From: Octopus bimaculoides
Lineage: Eukaryota
Assembly: GCF_001194135.2 (NCBI RefSeq)
Contig: NC_068992.1
Span: forward strand, 53,239,702 to 53,294,933
Direction of reading: 5' to 3'
DNA: 55,232 nt
The notes beneath the pieces are model-generated. The model was not told where the DNA came from. It saw only the letters and a list, made by a program, of their open reading frames with translations, and ran no database searches. Shown piece by piece: positions 1 through 11,868 of the stretch. A program made the translations under genes and the position numbers. How positions within the stretch are numbered: the stretch's first letter is position 1; every line of letters starts with the position of its first letter.

Positions 1-117
1 ATATATATATATATATATATATAAATATATGCACGTACATATTTTCATATTTATGAGCCTCAGTCTCCTAGATGCGAGTGTCAAACATTTTTATCAGTGC
101 CGATTTTCATCATGAGG

Positions 118-390
118 AGTTAGGAAACAGTGACGATTGCGAATTCTCAAAGTATAATTATAATCTTAAGCTTATAAGCGTACACCATATATTGGCAAGA
201 GAAAATACTCAAAAAATGGGGCAGATAAAATAGGTAAAACTATGAGCACACATTAATATGCATTTTTTCCGATGAGGGCTTACACGCCCCAATATTAGAC
301 TATTTTTTATAGCTAATATACGGTGTACGCTTATAAGCATAAGTTTGTAATTATATTTAGAGAATTGTCACTCCTCACCGTTTCCTAACT
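118..390. repeat. Foldback: 79-bp inverted repeat (118-196 and 312-390) around a 115-bp spacer
   Basis: Manual ungapped alignment of 118-196 against the reverse complement of 312-390 gives 67/79 identities, including a 17-nt perfect core GCTTATAAGCGTACACC. Confidence 0.85.
269..323 (+). ncRNA. Degenerate hammerhead-ribozyme-like motif
   Basis: CCGATGA (CTGATGA with one change), perfect stem GGGC-ttacac-GCCC, AA where GAAA is expected, stem TATTAG/CTAATA, then TA. The core is damaged. Confidence 0.3.
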
Positions 391-1239
391 TACGCAGACA
401 AGCATCCTTAGATGTATATATTTCTCAAACCTAAAACTTCGAAGCTAAGTGCAGTAAATTAATGTACTCGATTGGGACTAAGGAGCAGAAAAATCGGCCC
501 TGATGGAAGCGTTTGGAGTTCCTATCTCTGTCACGAATATGATTAGCTACTTGATGTTTATTATCTCAGCCGAGTTTAGTAAATGCTTTTTATATCTTCC
601 ATCACAGTAGGGAAATACTTTGTGGAGCCAAACTGTCTCAACAGGTGTAAAGCGTGGGCTAATAAATGTGGAAAACCAATTTAAAAGCTGTTACATAATT
701 CACAGTGTGATATGCATATTATTTTGTTTTTTCTATTGATGCAGAAATCGGGATGAATCTGCAGAAGTTTCTTTTCGTGAATCAATAATTAAAGCTCTAG
801 ATTGTTGACTTGAGGCTGCAAAACTATCGCATAACGGATATACTTTTCATTAATTATCAATCTCTGGTCGTGAAACTGCTATTCACATCTCGCTGTCTCG
901 ATAATTATTGTACATTAATTGGCAGTTTGTAATTAAGTGTAAGCTTGCATCTGTGAAGTACTTAAAAAGTGCTGCTTACTTGTTCACGCAACGATTAAAA
1001 GATTACTTGTACTATTATGAATACCAAATATAATGCTGAAATTGCTAGATAAAGAAAAGAAAAGAAACAGTCTTAGGTTTAGATGTTAATGAATTAATGC
1101 TGTATAATTATAATGGAATGAATGCATTTTCATATTATGTGTGTGTGTATATACATACATACATACATACACACATACACGCATACATACATACATACCT
1201 GCATGCATGCATACGTTGCGATTGTTTCAATGCACATAA

Positions 1240-1510
1240 ATTATTTCAATATTATGTTTTAACACTTATGCACAGAAACGCACAAAATAGTGGTTTGTGT
1301 TTGCTTATTCCCAGTTTAAAATTGCACAAGTAAATCCACCACACTTTCAAACCTGTAAAACAACGGGACACCATATATCATAGAGTACGTTTTCCATGTA
1401 GATGTTGTGCATTTCAGAAAGTTTGGGACTGTTTTTACGAGAAGCAGTTATAATTATCTTCGAATGTTGTTATATATTGTGTATCATTATTATATAGATA
1501 ATAAGCTAAG
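1240..1510 (-). mobile_element. Penelope-like element remnant, distal half of the GIY-YIG endonuclease
   Basis: Minus strand 1494-1450 reads YNNDTQYITTFEDNY and continues CFS*KQSQTF. This resembles the PLE segment YIG-x-TE-x-TFKxRYxNHKxSF and continues the PLE piece that stops at 2251. Confidence 0.45.
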
Positions 1511-1529
1511 ATACTAACTTTTGTTATTC

Positions 1530-2250
1530 CAGATCGAAGAAAACGGCTGTAATGACACTTTGAACACATCATACTAAGCACTGCTTGCCATAGCTAACTC
1601 GTTTGCAGAATGCACCCGGGACGAAAAGTGGATCCTTAATGATAACCATAAACGATAAGGTCAATGGCTTGATCCTGATGAGCCACCCAAACATTTCTCA
1701 AAGCCAAACTTACATCATCAAAATATTATGGTGAGTGTCTGGTGGTCTGCAATTGGTGTGGTGCAATACAGGTTTCTGGAAGCCAATCAGAGCATTACAG
1801 CTGAGGTTTGCTGCAATCAACTCGCTGTAACGGATGCCTACTTGCACTGGTGAATCGGCGTGGCCCAATTCTGCCCCCCCCCCGATAATACAAAGCCACA
1901 TGTTGCGAGAATAATGCGGCAGAAGCTCAGACTTAGGATACGAAACTTTACCACATCCTCCATATTTTTCGGATCTCTCACCCACTGACTACTATTTTTT
2001 AAAGCATTTTAACACGTTTGCTATAAAACTTTCAGGTCCAAATTGGAGGTGGAATCAGCTTTCAAAGATTTCTTAGCATCAAAACCAATAAGATTTTGTC
2101 AAGGAATATAAATAATCTCATTGATCGATGGCAGCGATGCATACATGTTCACGACTCATACTGTTATTAATCAAAACAGTTTTATTGTTAATTTTTCCAG
2201 AATAAAATTATGTTTCTGAAATCGGCCATTATTTTCAGAACAACCTAATA
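1530..2250 (+). mobile_element. 5'-truncated mariner (cecropia/Hsmar1-like, DD34D) transposase pseudogene with 3' TIR
   Basis: Reads DEKWILNDNHKR*GQWLDPDEPPKHFSKPNLHHQNIMVSVWWSAIGVVQY (from 1620), DNTKPHVAR (1884) and LGYETLPHPPYFSDLSPTDY (last D at 1987), with stops and frameshifts. The D-to-D distance is 103 nt, i.e. DD34D with a 2-nt deletion. It ends in a mariner-type TIR ...CATTATTTTCAGAACAACCTAA followed by TA (2249-2250). Confidence 0.92.
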
Positions 2251-3100
2251 TTATCTTTGAGTGACAAGATTTTCGTAGATAATAAGGTAATGTTGGATTT
2301 ATCCCTAATATTGGGCATTGTGATCCTGCCCTACAATTACAACTGGGGATATTGTTTACCCTATCATTAACATTTATAATGCCGTCTTCGAGGTATCGCT
2401 CAAATTCGTAGAAGTATAACCAAGTGTTATGTCACTATTTTTCAAGTCATTATAATAGGTATTATTACTTCTATTTATATTAGCCCTATAATTTTGGATT
2501 ATATCATTAGATATTATGCCATCAACCAGTAACGATTGTATTTGCGATATCTGGTGTTTCATCAGCGGTTTATTGGCTCTGTTATCTATACTGACTGCAT
2601 CATTACTAGCTGAGAATGGGTTCTCAGTATTATCCATGATATTATAGATTCTTACATGTCTATTATTATTATTAGAATCAGAATTAGGAGTTAATCTACT
2701 ATTACCATTATCATTATTATTATTATCAATCTAGCGGTCTAATTTTATGCTTCTTCTGTTCAAGCAAGTTATAATCATAGCTATATATGGAAAGGTGGAA
2801 TATGAGAGTTTGATTCTCATTCAAGAGAAAAGTTAGCTATACTTAAGTTAAGCTGTAAAGATTTTTTTCTCCAGAATCGCCATAAACTTATATATATTGG
2901 TAGAGATTACGCAATTGAAAGGAATGTTATACCAGTCCACGTTATTATTCCTAGTATTTTTATGTCTATGAAAGCGAATCATATCAGCACCGCTGCTATT
3001 TTCCGAACATCGAGTTTGATTATTAATTTCAGTTTCATTATCGGTATTTATTTTATTATTAGACTCAGCTCCATTCTTTTCATTCAAGTTCTTGTAATGT
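2251..3100 (-). mobile_element. Penelope-like element remnant (post-RT linker, Cys motif and start of GIY-YIG)
   Basis: Minus strand reads RNNNVDWYNIPFNCVISTNIYKFMAILEK (about 2952-2865), KLSYSTFPYI (2811-2783), an Asn-rich linker, SCNCRAGSQCPILG (2344-2303) and IIYENLVT (2283-2260). These match the PLE motifs IIWFNPPFxxNVxTNIG, KxSYSCMPN, CNCR...CP..G and IIYxAxV. The track ORFs 2374-2637 and 2848-3087 are pieces of this frame. Confidence 0.75.
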
Positions 3101-3164
3101 TTACATTAATCAATTAAAAGAAGCTGCTTGAAATGGCCGTAATGTATTGACACGTGTGCATCTT

Positions 3165-3197
<33 letters not shown>

Positions 3198-3340
3198 NNN
3201 NNNNNNNNNNNNNNNNNNNNNNNNNNNNNNNNNNNNNNNNNNNNNNNNNNNNNNNNNNNNNNNNNNNNNNNNNNNNNNNNNNNNNNNNNNNNNNNNNNNN
3301 NNNNNNNNNNNNNNNNNNNNNNNNNNNNNNNNNNTATATA

Positions 3341-3505
3341 TACGTCGTGCTTCTTTCAGTTTCTGTGTACCAAGGTCATTCACAAAGCTTTGGTTGACCC
3401 GAGGCTACGGTAGAGGACAATTGCCCAAGGTGCTCCGCAGTAGAATTGAACCCGAAACGATGTGTTTAGTAAGCAAGCTTCTTATCACGCAACCTCTTCT
3501 GTGCC
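3341..3505 (-). mobile_element. tRNA-derived SINE family A (CORE-like), 5' head, cut by a gap
   Basis: Reverse complement aligns to the head of the copies at 14434 and 15144 (GGCACAGAAGAGGTTG...GGGTTCAATTC...CACCTTGGGCAA...CCTCGGGTCAACCAAAGC...GAAACTGAAAGAAGC). Confidence 0.85.
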
Positions 3506-4628
3506 TTTATAAATATGAATTTATAATCTGTTCGTAAAGACTGGGGGTTTCGAAGCAGTCATCTATAGTTGTACTCTTTACCTATGTATCAGACAAATGT
3601 TGACATAACAGGGTTGTTAAGTTTCCAGATTTTCTTTTTTTTTATTCTTGAGATTAATGCCTTTTCCCACTCTCAATCGGTATCAAATGACCACGATCGA
3701 TTGAAAGCTGAGTAAATTCCAATCAATCAATTCAATTTGCATATACACACACACGCACACATACACATTTTCACGCTCACACACATACGAATACACACGC
3801 TCACATACACATTCACAAGCATGTATACATATGTGTCTGTCAATGCTGTTGTGTGAAATCAGTTTACTTAGTACCAATGTTTATTACTGGATTCTTTTAG
3901 TGATACATAATTATAACATCATAAAAGAAATCAAAGGTGTGCTATTAAGCAGCTACTCCTTAATTGCTAAACATTAGTGAATGCAATGAAGTGTACAAAC
4001 ATAGCTGTCCCCTTCAATGTTGCACATATCTTGTGGATTTATTACATTTACGATTTTCCAACAAATTACTCGAATACTGATATCGATGTATACCAAATAA
4101 AACGAACTCACTGCGTGTGAGTGTGAGAATGTGAGTGCGCGTGACAGTGAGTGTGCGCACGCAAGTGTGTACACACGAGTGTGTGTGCACGCTGGTGTGT
4201 GTGTCTTACGTACGCCTGTATGTGTAAATATTATTTCTGTGTAAAGGATTGTATGTGCCTAAATAATTTTTAATATTCACATTGCTACTTTAGCGATATT
4301 TATTTCGTCTTCATTTTTCTGAGTTCAATTTCCGATGATGTTGACTTTGACTCTCATGAGGATTGGCACAGTTGCCATAGTTTGCTTAATGGTACACGAT
4401 GCAACGTGGATGGCGTACCCTGATTTTGGAAATGTAATACATGGAAAAAGCTTCTTTGCATTTAGCTAATTTTGACCCACATAATTGTATAGCGCATTAG
4501 GGCACAGGTTAAATGCTTTTTTTTATTTGACAGCAAGCCGGTGGAATCCTCGTAGCCTTCACCGAGCCTAAGGACACTTGCCACTTTTTGGCGAACTGCA
4601 ACCACCTATTATTGTTGTGCATTTCATG

Positions 4629-4673
<45 letters not shown>

Positions 4674-5939
4674 NNNNNNNNNNNNNNNNNNNNNNNNNNN
4701 NNNNNNNNNNNNNNNNNNNNNNNNNNNNNNNNNNNNNNNNNNNNNNNNNNNNNNNNNNNNNNNNNNNNNNNNNNNNNNNNNNNNNNNNNNNNNNNNNNNN
4801 NNNNNNNNNNNNNNNNNNNNNNNNNNNNNNNNNNNNNNNNNNNNNNNNNNNNNNNNNNNNNNNNNNNNNNNNNNNNNNNNNNNNNNNNNNNNNNNNNNNN
4901 NNNNNNNNNNNNNNNNNNNNNNNNNNNNNNNNNNNNNNNNNNNNNNNNNNNNNNNNNNNNNNNNNNNNNNNNNNNNNNNNNNNNNNNNNNNNNNNNNNNN
5001 NNNNNNNNNNNNNNNNNNNNNNNNNNNNNNNNNNNNNNNNNNNNNNNNNNNNNNNNNNNNNNNNNNNNNNNNNNNNNNNNNNNNNNNNNNNNNNNNNNNN
5101 NNNNNNNNNNNATATATATATATATATATATATACATACATACATATATGTATGTATGTATGTATGTATATGTATATATAGATATCGCAGCAAAACCACC
5201 ACTGCTGAATACCTGCCTGCTATAGACCCCTGATTACGTCTACAACCACCTACACCGTTCATTTCAGAAAACCACACAGACAACTTTTCAGCATACAATA
5301 TGGAAGATGTATGTTAATTTTCTTGATAATTTTGCAGCATTGAATATGCATTTCTTGTTCGTCTTTCATACTTTAAAATATGGTATACATAAATGAATAC
5401 TATTTCTAGAAGACCGACAAATCATGTAGCGTTTAAGCTTTTGAAATGATTGAAATGTTCATTCTTTATTTCTGATTAAATCTCAACCTATTAGTACGGA
5501 ATGTATCTTAGGTAATTATCATCATTCATTGACATCCGCTCTAGTCTCTTCTCAACGGACGATTAGCAATAATGACTCTAATACATATTACAGAAATTCT
5601 GTTAGACTGATTTTCCTGTCACTGCTCAGAGCAATGCCATATTGTTACACTGCTGTATATAAAAGATTAATACGTAAATCAAAGATTAAAGGAATCGTCT
5701 TCGAAGGCATAAAGATACCTTTGAATTGAAAGAACGCGTGTTCCAAATATCATGCAACTTCTGCAAAAACCTGCAGACATGAGTAAGCGACTTGTAGAAA
5801 TATACGTTAACTACTAACAAGAAATATATTTGCAGCACTGTATTCATATGTGCATGGCTGCATTCAGTCGCTTTCGGTTTCAGTCTCATTCCACAGCGCC
5901 TTTATTAACTGTTTTCTAGTATAGCTACAAACTGACCAT

Positions 5940-6021
<82 letters not shown>

Positions 6022-6122
6022 GAGAGAATGAAAGAGAGAGAGAGAGTGAGACAGAGGCGAGGCAGACGGGCAGAAAAACAGACAGGCAGACAGGCAAAGG
6101 AGCAGGCAGGTAGTTAGTTAGT

Positions 6123-6158
<36 letters not shown>

Positions 6159-7279
6159 AAGGAAATAGATTTATAGATATGTATATATATATATATATGC
6201 ACAAAAATTTATATGCATAAATACACATACACAAACCACATATACCTACACACATATATGGGTGTGTATATGAAGACATTTGTTTGTCTATATGTGTAAA
6301 TGTATGCGTGCTCCCTTTTCGTGCGTAATTTCACAATAGATGGACACACGTACGTGTACAAACTTGCACACACACCTAATAAACTCAGAAATAACGAATG
6401 ACAATCGCCCATATGTTTTAAACAATCTCACTTTTTTTTTATGATTTCTCATTTGCGATAGTGAAATAGCTACACGTAGATCGACGGAGACACAGGAAGA
6501 CATCGCCGTAGGCTGGAAAAAAACAAATTTGATCAAGAAGTTTGAACCTATGAAATACAAGTACTATTGCTTCTCGTTAGGCAAGTGTGTCACGTCTGGA
6601 GTTAAAGTTATGATGCTAAGTTGAAACAGCTAAATTTAAGCAGAGGGCTAAAAGAATGTCATTGATTTTATTACAACATTTTTTTATCTTTCTTCAAGAA
6701 CTTAGCTTGCCAGTCGAGTAATTTCTGGCGTCAAATTATCTATCCACTTGAAACTAGACTTTCACAATTTTATTTCGCTTTTGTTATTTTTGTCCTTCGT
6801 TTCTTTCTTTCTATTTTCACAGCCAACTATAAGAAAAGAACGCTCTATTCAGACCTCTTTCTACTTTTTCCAATTTCTTTTGACGTTTATATTATTTGCT
6901 TACTTGTAGTATTCTTTTTTTTTTTTTTTTCCATTTTTATTCCGTTCGCATTTCATACTTTAACATCAAGTGAGATACGTAATTTTAGTTTCGGCAGCGT
7001 TTCAGGTATCCATTTGGCACGTTAAACAATGTTAACTTTTAAGCAAACGAAATAAAATGGACTTGATTTTGCAGTTCTCAAACCTTGTTAGAGTAAATAT
7101 TCTTAAGTTAGATAACAACACCACTGTGATGTACATTAGAAGCGTTGTAACCTGAGGTGATTAATTCTAGTGTATATATGTATGCTTGTGTTTATATATT
7201 TATGTATATGTGTGTGTGTATATATATATATATTTGTAGTACATACACATGTATATATATAATCTTTAAAATCCTTAAC

Positions 7280-7665
7280 TTCTTTCAGCTTCAAAGCTAC
7301 GGTCATGTTGGGGCACCACTGTTGGCGGTGCTACACCGTTATTTGAAACCTTTATGGCATTTGATGAATGAGGGAGTTTGATGCAGCTGCACTCATCTAA
7401 GTTTATTGCCGTGAGGTCGTTTCATATGGAACCTTTGACACATGGAGATCAAGGTTTGTTTTGAAAATACCTACATCCACACCATGCAGGTCTTTCAGGC
7501 GTTTTCAAAGGTTATTGAAGAGTTGTGGGCCCTTCAAACACAAGCTTTTTCAGATCCTGGTCTTGTATTTTGATAGAGATATTTAGCACTCTACAGAGGC
7601 GCCCCTATCTGCCTGTGTAATTTTCAATGCCAAAGTTTTGGACAAGGCCTTGTACCAAACGTTCA
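7280..7665 (-). mobile_element. CR1-group LINE 3' end (ORF2 C-terminus and tail)
   Basis: Minus strand from 7531 reads GPQLFNNL*KRLKDLHGVDVGIFKTNLDLHVSKVPYETTSRQ*T*MSAAASNSLIHQMP*, followed by the tail GGTGCCCCAACATGACCGTAGC...GCTGAAAGAAG. A second copy lies at 46375-46552. Confidence 0.75.
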
Positions 7666-8547
7666 GGATTTCACAGATGTATATTACTGCATATCTTTCC
7701 CGCCTTCTTTCTAGGGAGAAGAGTTTTAATCCTTTCAGTCTTTACCAGTAGCCGGTACGTTGAGACGATTTTTTTTTTGTATAGCTTTGTTGGGTTGTCT
7801 CCAGTTGCACCGTGAATTTTATATTGTGCGGTGACCATATATTTACACACATATATATATATGCATATATNNNNNNNNNNNNNNNNNNNNNNNNNNNNNN
7901 NNNNNNNNNNNNNNNNNNNNNNNNNNNNNNNNNNNNNNNNNNNNNNNNNNNNNNNNNNNNNNNNNNNNNNNNNNNNNNNNNNNNNNNNNNNNNNNNNNNN
8001 NNNNNNNNNNNNNNNNNNNNNNNNNNNNNNNNNNNNNNNNNNNNNNNNNNNNNNNNNNNNNNNNNNNNNNNNNNNNNNNNNNNNNNNNNNNNNNNNNNNN
8101 NNNNNNNNNNNNNNNNNNNNNNNNNNNNNNNNNNNNNNNNNNNNNNNNNNNNNNNNNNNNNNNNNNNNNNNNNNNNNNNNNNNNNNNNNNNNNNNNNNNN
8201 NNNNNNNNNNNNNNNNNNNNNNNNNNNNNNNNNNNNNNNNNNNNNNNNNNNNNNNNNNNNNNNNNNNNNNNNNNNNNNNNNNNNNNNNNNNNNNNNNNNN
8301 NNNNNNNNNNNNNNNNNNNNNNNNNNNNNNNNNNNNNNNNNNNNNNNNNNNNNNNNNNNNNNNNNNNNNNNNNNNNNNNNNNNNNNNNNNNNNNNNNNNN
8401 NNNNNNNNNNNNNNNNNNNNNNNNNNNNNNNNNNNNNNNNNNNNNNNNNNNNNNNNNNNNNNNNNNNNNNNNNNNNNNNNNNNNNNNNNNNNNNNNNNNN
8501 NNNNNNNNNNNNNNNNNNNNNNNNNNNNNNNNNNNNNNNNNNNNNNN

Positions 8548-8581
<34 letters not shown>

Positions 8582-9109
8582 ATGAATATACAACTATGTA
8601 TGTATTCATAAATATATACATCTGCATACATACACACATAAATACGTACATACATACATATATAATCTTAAATTCTCCAAGAAATTTAACTTTTCTTAGA
8701 CTTTGAAAAATCATCAATTGTCTCTTTGATAAAAATGCTGCCATTCAGTATTCAGTCACGCTCTCGCGATATGGAGTCCGATATTCGTTTCTTGTAAGAA
8801 ACAATAACATTTAATATTTACTAGAATATATGATCAAATTTACCAGAAAATATGATAAAAACCCAAGCTTAACATATAATATATCTAAAATTGAATAGAC
8901 TGCAGAATTTTGAAATATTTGTAAACGAATATACATTAAAAAATAAATGTAAACTAACAACTTTATTAAACAGAAGCAAATTGCTTACATTCAATGAAAT
9001 TTAATATTACAAATGTTGAATATATATATCCGAAGGGAAAGTAGCACTTCATACACAAAATAATTTGGTTGTACTTTAACGAATTTAATAAGTCAAAAAC
9101 AAGAAAAGG

Positions 9110-9935
9110 CTTAACTTAGCAAGTGTTCAGCAGAAAAGACTGGTCGAATAAGCATCAGGCTTAGAGAGAACAACTCCAGGGGTCGATTTCTTCGTGGGGG
9201 CGAGTGTTATGATGTTGAAGAAGTATACTATGTCTTTTGTCGGATCGTTACAAGGTGAGAGCTTGTTCAGCTGTTGAATTTGCTGAACGTAATGTTCTTC
9301 ATCGGTTGTGAGTTTGTTTCGAAGTAGTTCGTAATGTATTAGTATTTCCCAATCTCATGAAACGTTGATCTTTGTCATGCGTGGATGCAACTATGGCTTG
9401 GCTCGAGAATTTGCTTGCTCATCGGGGCCCAATCATTCTTGCGTCTGTTTATCACTGGCGTAAAGACGACATAATTCATCACCAGTAAATTTACTGTAAA
9501 GGAATATGTGTTTGTCTTCACGCGTACTCTAATATCGAAGAAGTAAACTGGCTGCAGTACAGAAGGGCTAGAATTGTCTCCCGTTTGGAGCGTATGGCAA
9601 AGAAGCACCAAGATTCTGGACTGTACCTATCGAGTGAGGGTGATGGTTATAATGAGAGCATCGCATCAACTGGGACAATTTCCGAGTTACTTGTTACAGA
9701 TACACTTGAATACAACTCGTTGAATTGTAAAGAAAGCCAGAATTCGGAGAATTTGTTAGATCGATCTTTCTATACCTGAAACTTCAAATATATTACTATG
9801 CGGTTATTATAGCATCCGCACCTTCGTCATGTGCAACACAAATGTCTCGACCGGCTTCGGCAGCTTTGAAACATTGATTGAAAGTGAAGAGTAGCATGTA
9901 TCGAACATTTTCATTCTCTTCTTCTTCGCTCTACA
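9110..9935 (-). pseudogene. Ancient mariner (DD34D-type) transposase pseudogene
   Basis: One minus-strand frame with many stops carries collinear mariner motifs: VRYMLLFTFNQCFKAAEAGRDICV (around 9850), QVTRKLSQLMRCSH...IGTVQNLG, ASLLLR, FLYSKFTGDE (TGDE at 9486-9475), LGPDEQANSRAKP*LHP, IHYELL...YVQQIQQLN. After a frameshift it reads LQHHNTRPH (9217-9194) and GVVLSKPDAYSTSL. No TIRs found. Confidence 0.8.
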
Positions 9936-10120
9936 TCATCACATGTCTGATGAGGTGAAATTTATTCAAATTTGAAGAACATTATACAAATTGTGTAGTG
10001 GTAGAAGAGAGCTACAAAAAACCTACAACTTTGAGATAAAAATACTTTCCGTATTAATTCAAATAACATTAGACAGAAGTGATCAAATGATTCTCACAAC
10101 TCTCTTTCTTTCTTTCTCTC

Positions 10121-10212
<92 letters not shown>

Positions 10213-11347
10213 TATATGCATACATACATTCATGCACAAAGACACACGGGTGCACACATATGTATACACGCACATATATATATATAGATAGATAGATAGA
10301 TATTTATATGCATATACATATACTTGCGAACATATCTCTGTGTGTGTATGTATGGTCACCAGAGAAAAACGTATTGCACTTTTTTCAACGAGAAACACAT
10401 TCATTTTAGTTTATGCGTTATTGTCAAGTTCCTTTTTGTAGTTATTTATTCATAGTATTACTATTCAGTGACATTCAGCAGACTATTCTGTTTGCATATA
10501 AAATTCTTGTTTATTCTGAACAGAGTGTCGGATTAACGCTACATAGTAACTTACATAGAATTGCAGTTCATACCAAACATCTTATCCGAATTTTCTGAAG
10601 AAATTGCAGCGAATTAAACTTTCAAATATTTCGTTGAACAGCAATGAAAACCGAAGGCGAAAATAACTGTTAAAAGCCACATAATTTCGCAGTAAGATTA
10701 AATGTGCTGCATATATGAATAACTGAAGACGATCTGATTTAGTGTCATAGTACAGAGCATGACTTGCTACAACCTTTGATCATTTCACATGAAACATTAG
10801 CAAGGGTGTTATTAAAGCAGTAAATTTAAACGAAGTCAATGACGACTGAATTAACAATATCCTTACAGTTAATCAATAAGTTCTAACTTAAACTCATCTC
10901 GTATCGTGTTTTAGAAATTATCACAGTCTTTAATTAGACGAAAACTGTTGCAATATGACGTAAATAGTTAAAGGTAGAAACTTGATGTTTTGTGTTGCGG
11001 AAAATATTATTCACGATATTCAATTATATAAGATTGACAAATTTAATTCCTAACGATGAGAGAATAAAATAAGTGACGTGAAGTGGAAATTCTATTTCCA
11101 GTATAAAGTCTAGTTGATATCTGTCTAGTTTTATGACATATCTATGTATTTCCGCAAGGTTAAACCTAGTGTGAGCTGTGTCAATGTTGTGTGGCCATGT
11201 TAATAACGATGAACGCTGCCACCGTACTGTGCGGTTGTACAAGAGAGATATAATTTGCATCTCATAACAATTAAGACTGCTTTGGTGTATACTAGAATAC
11301 ATTTGCACATATAAACATACGCATGCATGTGTCAATGTATAGTGTAT

Positions 11348-11394
<47 letters not shown>

Positions 11395-11455
11395 TTATGT
11401 ATCTATATATGTGTGTGTATATATATATATATATATGTGTATATATATATATCTA

Positions 11456-11511
<56 letters not shown>

Positions 11512-11555
11512 CATAGAGAGAGAGAGATCGCTATATATATGTGTGTGTGTGTATA

Positions 11556-11661
11556 TACTCTTTCACTCTTTTGTTTCAGTCATTTGACTGCTGCCATGCT
11601 GGAGCACCGCCTTTAGTCGAGAAAATCAACCCCAGGGCTTATTCTTTGTAAACCTAGTACT
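11556..11661 (-). mobile_element. SINE family A, 3' tail fragment
   Basis: TTGTTTCAGTCATTTGACTGCTGCCATGCTGGAGCACCGCCTTTAGTCGAG is the reverse complement of the tail of the copies at 14434 and 15144. Confidence 0.85.
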
Positions 11662-11827
11662 AATGTAGAAATAGTAAACGTAATTCATATTTTATCGCGT
11701 GGATGGTATTTTTGTAATGTTCCTTCTAAGAACAATTCTACCTTTTTATTGCAAATATTCAAAATAATTTATACTTTGTTTCCCATAGTATTCAAACACT
11801 ACTCGGGTGAAGGCAGTGACATCTATG

Positions 11828-11868
11828 TTCCACTGATGAGGGCATATATGGTCAAAATGAATCAGGAA
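11828..11868 (+). ncRNA. Degenerate minimal hammerhead-like motif
   Basis: TTCCA-CTGATGA-GGGC-atatat-GGTC-AAAA-TGAA-TC-AGGAA. CTGATGA is intact, stem II is imperfect, GAAA has become AAAA, and stem I is TTCC/GGAA. Confidence 0.35.

Noticed and set aside
9347-9370. Minus-strand DQRFMRLG, reminiscent of an FMRFamide-type neuropeptide
   Set aside because: There is no dibasic site after the Gly and no signal peptide, and it is an alternative frame of the decayed mariner transposase.
9585-9779. Plus-strand ORF MERMAKKHQDSG...
   Set aside because: It is antisense to the mariner pseudogene and has no independent homology signal.
9946-9962. CTGATGAGGTGAAA as a hammerhead core (also CTGATGA at about 1676)
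   Set aside because: No stem II, stem III or stem I can form. The 1676 instance is transposase coding sequence.
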